Source: Neocallimastix sp. 'constans' (taxonomy: Eukaryota). From it: 64,000 bases of DNA. Below the pieces are notes generated by a model. It was given only the letters and a program-made list of their open reading frames with translations, had not been told where the DNA came from and made no database searches. Every line of letters starts with the position of its first letter. Position 1 is the stretch's first letter. This document shows positions 54,955-64,000 of the stretch, piece by piece. The stretch covers positions 1,178,001 to 1,242,000 of the forward strand of contig JBODTK010000012.1 of assembly GCA_050613775.1 (NCBI GenBank), given 5' to 3'. The translations under genes were made by a program, and so were the position numbers.

Positions 54955-57900
54955 GAAATTTAAAAAAAAATAATATAATATTAGTAAAATTAATAATAAT
55001 AACAATAAAAATTATAATAAAAATAGTAATAGAAAAATAAAGAAAATATATATAGTATAAAATTATTATTATTATTATTATTATTATTTTTATTTTTATT
55101 TTTATTTTTATTTTTATTTTTATTATTATTTTTATTTTTATTTTTATTTTTATTTTTATTTTTATTTTTATTTTTATTTTTATTTTTATTTTTATTTTTA
55201 TTTTTATTATTTATTTACTTTTTTTTTTTTAATAATTATACTTACTATAATAATTATAAGAACTAAAATACAAGTCAAAATTTTGTTTTTCAAAAGTAGA
55301 AGAAAACGTAGAGCTATTATTATTTATAGTATTGATTTTGTTTGTATTATTTATGTTCGCATTTTCATTATTGGTAGGATTTTTATTATTAATAATGATA
55401 TTACCATGATTACCGTTATTTTCATTATCATTATTAATATTATTATGGGTTACGTTTGAATTAATATTATTATTTATAGAGTATCCATTGTCATTTGAAT
55501 TTAATTGATTTTCATTAACTACATTTGATTTAGAGGGTATACATTTATTAGTAGATTTATTGGAATTCAATTGATTTCTGGAATCATTTACTGCAATACG
55601 ATTAGGATTTTGAATATTTTGAGAGGAGGTAGAATTCAAATAATTTTTAGGTATGCCCACTAGACCACCGTTAGGCTTTGAGGATGTAACAGAAGACGCA
55701 ATTTCATGGAAAACTACCTTATTATTGGTTGAATCTTTTACAGATTTTGCGGAAATTGAGGGTTTAGAAGAAAGAACCGATATAAAGGAATAATTAGGAA
55801 GACTATCATCATTATTATCATCTTCAATAGATGAAGATGAAGTGGATGAAGATAATGAAGCTGATGATGAAAATGGAACTTTACTTTTTCCTAAACTATA
55901 CGAGTAAAAGCTAGGACAATGAATCGATATATCAAAAGAGGAGAGACCCTCACTTAAATTACGTTTTATTCCAAGATCAGTATAATTTGTATTACGATCA
56001 AAGTCACTTTCATCTTCGTCTTCATTCTCTTCCATATCTTTATAAAGTCTTTTATAATGACTATCTCCATAAAGATAATGATTAATAGTATCCATAGAAC
56101 CAATCCTAGATACAGTATGCCTTGAATTATGATTATCTGTCAAATGACTTGAACTATTAATTATATTAATAGATTGGGTACTTCTTCTCAATTGACTATA
56201 CTCACTCGAAAGAGAAAGATTATTTCTAATATTGAACGAATGTCTCTCACTATAACTGACACTGCTATTGATAGAATCATTAACACTACCCGTTACAATG
56301 TTATCTTTACTATTAATATTTTGTTCTTGTCTTTGTTCTTTTTTTTCTTCTTCTTCTTCTTCTTCCTCCTTCTCCAATTCCTTTCCTTTCACCTTTCCAT
56401 CATCATCTTTGAAAACATTCTCTAATATAGTATCGTCAACTGTTACTTGGGATATTACTTTATTGTTTTGACTGATAAGTTCTGAATTTAATTCCTCAAA
56501 ATTTCTATAAGGTACATTAGGTTCGAAGGATGGATTAACTGCTTCTAATCGACTATTTTCCTTTTTATCTTTAATTAACGATTGGCTTGGTATCATTTTA
56601 ATGGATATTTTGGAGGACTTACCCTTAGGATCATTTTCTTTGGATATTCCATTATCATTATACTTTACGTTTAATGATTGATCGATTGAAAGATGAAGTT
56701 GTTGTTGTTGTTGTTGTTGAGTAGTCTGGGTTAACTTATCCAATTCAATTAATTCTTGACGATATTCCTCACTTGCAAATTTTGAATTTTCTTCTTTACT
56801 ATTATTTACATTTTGTGGATTAGATAGTAAAACAGTATTATTAATAGTTTTATTATTGTCTTTAATTTTGTAGTCATTAACATCATTTTGGAAATGTGTA
56901 TTCATAGGATTAATTTTATTTTTCACTAATTTATCATTAATATTGATTTCTTCAATTCCTCCACCATCATTTAAAATTCTTTCCACCGTAGCTGGTGTTG
57001 CTGATGAGACAATTATATTATCCTGAGGAGAGGTGGAATCCATTCTATCGTCTTCCTTCAATCTATCCAATGTATCCAATGGATCCTTTTCTATTCCTAT
57101 CAAACAATTCTTATTAAAACTCGTATAATTAACTGATTTAACTTCAGGAAATGAAATAGGCTTCATTAGTTGATTTTTTGCATTTGGAAGATCAATATTC
57201 TCTGTTACGGAAATAGCTTCCATTTTTTCAGTGCCTTTCTTATCCTTTTGTGAAGATGCCTTAGCTTGAGATGCGTTAGAGATTGATGGTAAGTATTTAT
57301 CAAATGGTGGATATGGAATCATTTCATAATCGAATTCCTTTCCCTTTTGATTAAAAGAAAACGATGGACGAGTCATACTGGAATCATCATTTTCAGAATC
57401 ATCTTCATCCTTCATATCTATACAATGATTACTAATATCAAAACTATTTTGTTCATGTAATAAATACATTGGTATACCTATAGGATTATCATCAATTCCT
57501 CCATTTGAAACATTATTTGTAGAATATACTTGATTAATATATGAATTATTAGTTGGAATAGAATTAAAAGCGTATAAATTATTACTAGAATTACTTGGAT
57601 AATAATATGCATTAATATTCATATTATTATTAATATTACTATTAATAATATTACTGTTGTTATTGTCGATGCTAATTTCGTTGTCAATGATATTGTTTTT
57701 GTTATTAATATTGTTATTGTGGTTGATGTTTATTTTATTGTGATTGTCATTGTTATTGCTATTGCTATTGTTTTTATTGTTATTGTCATTGTTATGGGTG
57801 TTATTGTTATGGTTATGGTTATGGTTATGGTTATGGTTGTTATTGTTATTGATACCGTTGTTGTTACTATTGCTATTACTATGACTGCCGTTGGGTGGAA

Positions 57901-59827
57901 CGATAGGATTATTTGGAGTATTATTATTTTCTAATAAATTAGAATTAAACAGCAAAGCATTCATATTTGTATAATTAGTACTATAATCATTATTCAGCGA
58001 TGATAATCCAATATTAAAACTATTCAAACTACTATCGGTAATACTTATTAATATCGGAGCATATTGTTTCATCAAATATTTATTTATTTCAATTTGACAA
58101 AACTTTTTCATACAATTTTCAATCACCAGACAAGCCATTAACTCAAGCAAACTATATTCATGATCATAAAGTTCTTCATTAATGGTATTTCTAAAGATTG
58201 AAGGTCTCTTTCGTTTTGGAATTATTGTAGTACCCATATAAATGGAGGTAAGACAAAGTTGTACCGGATTCATACGATGAACTAAATCATAGGAATCTGT
58301 TAACTCACTAACGATGATATCATAATCCGGATAGATTCCAGAGGCAAAATCCAATAATTCAGCAATAAAGTAAGAAACTCTACTCCAAAGATGTGGAGGA
58401 ACAATAAAATACCGTAATAAAAGATTGATATGCTGATCATCTTCCTTTTCCATACATAATCGAATAAGTGTGTATTGAAGAGTGTTATTATGTGCTGTCC
58501 ATGAACATGACTTTAATTGAAATTTTAATAATTTTTCAATTAAAAATTGATCAGGTGTACTAATCATACTAGATATTTCCCTTACACAATTCTCATAGTT
58601 TGATCTGAACCAACGATCTAAAAATTCTCCTAACTTCCAATTACCCATTCTTTGATGAGGTTCATTTAATGGGAATATGCTCCAAAAACAAGCAATATTA
58701 TCTGAAAAGTATTGAGAAACCTTCTCCACAACTGAACGACAAGAATTCAAAGAATTATCAGGCAATCCACAATATATCTTAATTTCATCTTCCATATATT
58801 CACCTGTTGTTGATGGTATCATTACTGAATTAGATTGAGATTCCATTTGCAAATTTTGCTTTTCATTATTAATCATCTCCTGATGAGGGTTAAATGGATC
58901 ATTATCAATAATTGAATCAAATTTAACTAATTCATTAGTATTGGTCAGTATATTTTGTTGAAAAATTTTTTCATGGTTTGGTACTGATCCAACCTGCATC
59001 GTACCAGCATCTAAACCAATTATAGAATTCAAATTTGATTCATTATTTTGGGATATATAATTATTATTCTTCAAACTTGAATTGAAATTTGTATTGAATT
59101 GCTTTTTATTGTCATTGAATTTGATTTCTATTTCATCATTAGGTTTCTTACTCGATTTCATATTCTCATCAATAGTAGAAGTTGCAGCACTAACAGTGGA
59201 ATTACCAATAATTTCTACTTTCAAACTTTCATTTTTATTTTCAATTGGAGAAATTTGCGTTGTATTATCTGTAATTTCAACTGCGGAATAAATTTCAGGT
59301 TTCTTCTTCTTAAATATTTTTTTTACATCGAATTTTTTATAAATAAAATTATCTTTCTTTGTCTTTTTAGTTTCTTTTTTATATGATTTTTTCTTTTTCA
59401 GTTTTAAAGATATTTTTGGTTTAATTTCATTTTCATTGGTATCTGTCGATGACTGTAAATCAACAATGAAATTATTTGAATTTGACTGAATATTTGAAGT
59501 TTTTGAAAAATTGTGATGCAACGATAGTCCCGAACTGTCATTTACAATAATATGACTTTTTGAATGTTCAATATCAACAATATTTTGTGTCTGCGTTAAT
59601 GAAGAATTTTCATTTTCATTTTTATTATTTGATTTTTTTCGATGAGATAAATGGAAAGGTTTCTTTAATATGATAATTAAAGATGATATTAAAGATTTAT
59701 TCTTGGTTCGTGATTTTTTCAAACTTTTTATTGAATCTAATGTTTGATTAGCAATTTCATTAATATTACTTTTTTCATGTAATATACCCTCCTTTTCATG
59801 TAAAATTTTTGAATTTAGAGAAACCAT
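54561..59827 (-). CDS. Large Asn/Ser-rich hypothetical protein (2 exons, ~1635 aa)
   Basis: 1532-aa ORF joined through intron 55245-54884 (GTAAGT...TAAAG) to a final exon (LSNTINSQASIINILRNNLD...WVDLLISKE*). One globular-looking helical block at aa ~345-600; no family recognised. Confidence 0.8.
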
Positions 59828-60578
59828 GTTGAATTTTCTTTATCAAATATTTTAATCAATAATTTAAATAGTATATCACTGTAAATGGATTAAAAAAAGA
59901 AAGATTATATATATATAAATACTTTGTGGTTTTATTTTAATTATTGTATTATCAAAATATTAATTTTATTACTACATTTATATTTTAAAATTTATTTCAA
60001 TATACCTTTTATATCAATTATTGCTTTTTTATTTTTCAATAGTTAATTTTTTCTATAATCAATAATAAATATTTTAAAAAAAAAAAAAAATTATTTCGTT
60101 AAATCTTAAATAAATTCTTGTATTTAATGTATTTAATTTATTATTATATATATTTATATATAATATATTTTTTTATTTTTTTTTTCTTTTAAAAAATTAA
60201 AATTATTATAAAATATATATTTATTAAAATTTTTTATTCCAAATATATGTATATATTTAAAATATATACATTTTAAAATTATGATTTTTGAATTTTTTAA
60301 TATATAAAAAATACTATCTTTTTTTTTTTTTTTCGATAAAATTATTAATTTAAATTATATATATTTATTTGTTACAATAACAATGTTTCTCTTTTTTTCT
60401 TTTCTTTCTTTTTTTTTTAATTTATTCACAATATTTGAGTTTACTATTAATAATATTTTTAATTAAATTTTCAATGCTAATAAAAAAATTGTTTGTTTGA
60501 TAATAAAAATTTAATAATATAAATATTATAATTGAAATAAAGAAAAACTATTTACATTATTAAAAAAAAAAAAAAAGA

Positions 60579-60609
<31 letters not shown>

Positions 60610-61065
60610 AATATGATTTTGCTTCCATAATTCTCAAAATTTTATTTTTTGCTTTTTTATATATATATCAAATTAATAATTTTAGATACATTTTATTACT
60701 ATTCATCGTTTCATTATTTAAAAAAACAGTACATTAAAGTTTGAATTATATTTATCCATTGTTTTTATAATGTGTAATTTATAAGAAACATATAATAAAA
60801 TATACATTAGAATTTATTAAAAATTTAGTGTTGCATAAATTAAACCTTCTTTAAAAAAAATAATAAAAAATTTGATTTTTATTGTAAATAGTAGGATTAA
60901 TATTGATTATTTCTTTTCTAACACCACTTTTTTATTTTTATTTTTATTTTTATTTTTTTATTTTACAAAAAAGGAATGACGACATTTAAAATAAAATAAA
61001 ATCATAATAATTAAATAAATTATTACCTTTTTTATATTTCCATAACTAATAAATATTCCCTTTCG

Positions 61066-61113
<48 letters not shown>

Positions 61114-63379
61114 CTTTATAATATTTACTCAAACAAAAATTTATAATATATATGAAATTTAGACTTGTTGTAATACGTATGAATATTGAATTGTTTGTAA
61201 TAATATATAAATATTAATATAAATATTATTGATGTAAATTTTATTTTAATATACAAATAATAGGATTAAAAATTAATTATAAAAACATATTATTATCCTA
61301 TAATACAATTCAATTATTCTTTGTTGTTGATGTTTTTATGTTGTTTAAATGCGTTTATTTCAAATGAAAATATTTTTCAAAGCAAAAAATTAAATTTATA
61401 AATAAAAAAAAAAAAAAAAGATGAAAGTAAGAAAAGATAATTTTTATGATATGGTATATTACTATAAATCAAAGAATGTTTATTAAGTCTTTATATACAA
61501 AATTGTTTTAACTTTTTTTTTTTTTTTTTTTTTTTTGCATTTTTATAGTATATATAAAAAGAGGCTTTCAAAATTAAACGTTTCGAATAATTTTAAATTA
61601 TTTTGTAGTGTTTATCACATAATTCTTATTCCATTTACTATTATACTTAATATTTTTTACATAAAAATTATATAAATTCTCCTTAAATTAAATAATTGTG
61701 TAAAGGTTTAATTAAATAATAGAGGAAAAAAAAAAAAAAAAATAAAATAAAATAAAAATAATTAATTATTAAAAAAACTACAAAATATCTTATCTTTTAA
61801 ATAAATATTATACCAAAAAAAAAAAAAAATAATAATTAAACGATTAATATTAACAAATAAAAATTGGATAATCATTGAATAATTGAATAATCGAGTATTA
61901 AATATTCATTTTGGAATTTAATATATATAAAATTATATATGGAATTAAATAATATCAATTGATTAATTTAATTTTAGAAATAATTAAAGTTGTAATAATT
62001 AATAAACTATAAAATAAAAAAAAAATTCAAATTTATATAAAATATTTTAATTTAAATAATAAATAAATAAATAATATGTAAATATGTAAATAAATAAAAA
62101 GTAAATAAGTATATAAATATTAATAACAGATATATAATAAATAGTATAATATTTAATAAATAATAAATGAATATTATAATAAATGAATATTAAAATAAAT
62201 AAATGCATATGATTATTAATAAATAAATAAATAAATAAATAATATATGTTTTAAAAATGAAATTTTTTTTAAACATATTTGGAAATAATATTATATATAT
62301 ATTATACAATGTTATGTTATATATATTTAATATTTCATAATTTTATTATAATTTAATTAGTATTAATTTTTATTATATTTAATATTATATTTATATTATA
62401 TAAGTTCTATAATAATATATATTAGAAATAGATAAACTAATTAATTATTTAATTATTTAATATTAGATAAAAGTTTAATTATTATTATTATTATGATTAT
62501 TATGATGATGATTATTATGATTTATTATTAATTATTATTTATTATTATTATTATTAATTATTATTATTATTTATTATTTATTATTATTTATTTATTAGTA
62601 ATTATTAATTATTATTATTAATTATTAATTATTCTAAATTATTCAATTTAATTTCAACAAACTACTAAATTAATTTGAAATATATGGAAAATATATGGAA
62701 TAATAGTTTAACCAATATATTCTATTATATATAAAAGTAATTAGTATTTGAAAAGATTAAATGAAACTAAAAAAAAAAAAAAACTATTGGAGAATAATAA
62801 GTAAATTGGAAAATTTTTTAATTCTTTATTATAAAAATCCAAAATATTTAATTAATATAAAATTTTAATTAGAAAATAATTTATTTTATTAATTAACTTT
62901 AATATTTTTAATTTAATATTTCCTTTTGAAATTTGATTTCTCTAATTGAAATGGAATATCAACAGGATTAGGTAAATTGAGAATATGGAGGATGTTGTGT
63001 GCTTATGAATCTTTTAATGATAGTTTTTTAAGCTCTTTAATAAAAAATAAAAATCATAGATTAAAAAAATTATAATAGATAGTAGTGTAAGTCAATCTAT
63101 AAATATTTATATAAGTAAATATTATTAAATAATTTATATAATTAAAACTATTATTTAGATAATTTATAATAGATATCATATTTAATAATAATAATTAAAT
63201 ATTCTTATTTGAATATAGAAAATATAGAAATATATAATATAATATTATAATATTATAATAGTACTATATGATATTTTATTTTTTATCTAAATATTTTTTA
63301 TTTAAATTTTAATTATTTTAATAAATAAATAAATTAATTTGATAATTTCCATATTCAGTAAATATTAAATTGAAAAAAA

Positions 63380-63410
<31 letters not shown>

Positions 63411-64000
63411 GAAATAAAATAAGGAAAAATAAAGCAAGAAGAAAAAATAAAAAAAAGTATAAATTTACTAATTAACTATAAGATGATAATAACATTTAAA
63501 TCAAATATTATTTATGTTATCTGTCAAAATATTCGACCATTATTACCATTATCTTTTAACTGCATTAAATTTTATTATTTTTCTGAATTTTTTTTTTTAT
63601 GGTTTATATGAAAATTTTCAATTCTAATAAATTGATGCCATCCATTTTCAGTATTCTCGTAATAATTGTAATCTTTAGTTAAATAATACACAATACATAA
63701 AACTTTATTTATTTAAAAATTGTCATACATTTTTTGTTTTCCTAAAAAAAAAATAATAATAAATAATTGAAAGTTTTTTTTTTTTGTTAATTTATTTATT
63801 AATTAAATATATATTTATAATTATCATCTATTATAATAAATAAATTAATTATTCATTATTATTATTATTTATTATTCAATTATTTATTATTTAATTATTA
63901 TTTATTATTTATTACAAATTATTTGTAATTTAAAGTTAAAATGTCATTATACTTTCATTTATTATTATTTAATATTATTTATTATTTATTTATTATTTAT

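Noticed and set aside
63470..63700. Possible MATH-domain remnant on the minus strand (YYENTENGWHQFIRIE)
   Set aside because: Too short and degraded to support without a profile search.

Overview
Extremely AT-rich eukaryotic DNA with GT-AG introns. Fungal dockerin CAZymes and a solute-binding-protein/7TM fusion point to an anaerobic gut fungus (Neocallimastigomycota; inference). Apparently intact genes: a partial alpha/beta hydrolase, a single-pass membrane protein with a Tyr/Thr tandem array and C-terminal SH3, a DnaJ protein convergent with an HSP20 that has an upstream heat-shock element, an SBP-7TM receptor and a large Asn-rich hypothetical protein. A dockerin-GH115 gene is broken by one in-frame TAG at a likely Trp codon. 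Between these lie decayed genes (GH43-dockerin, CBM1-like, two ankyrin, dynamin-like, SF1 helicase, Rpn/PD-(D/E)XK), a Mutator-like MITE with a perfect 9-bp TSD, and mini/microsatellites. The best leads are an unassigned ~280-nt multi-hairpin island with a duplicated motif (52.3-52.6 kb), the single TAG in GH115, the repeat/SH3 membrane protein and a TG..CA-bounded island at 36.3-36.7 kb. Family calls come from motif recognition by eye; no searches were run.
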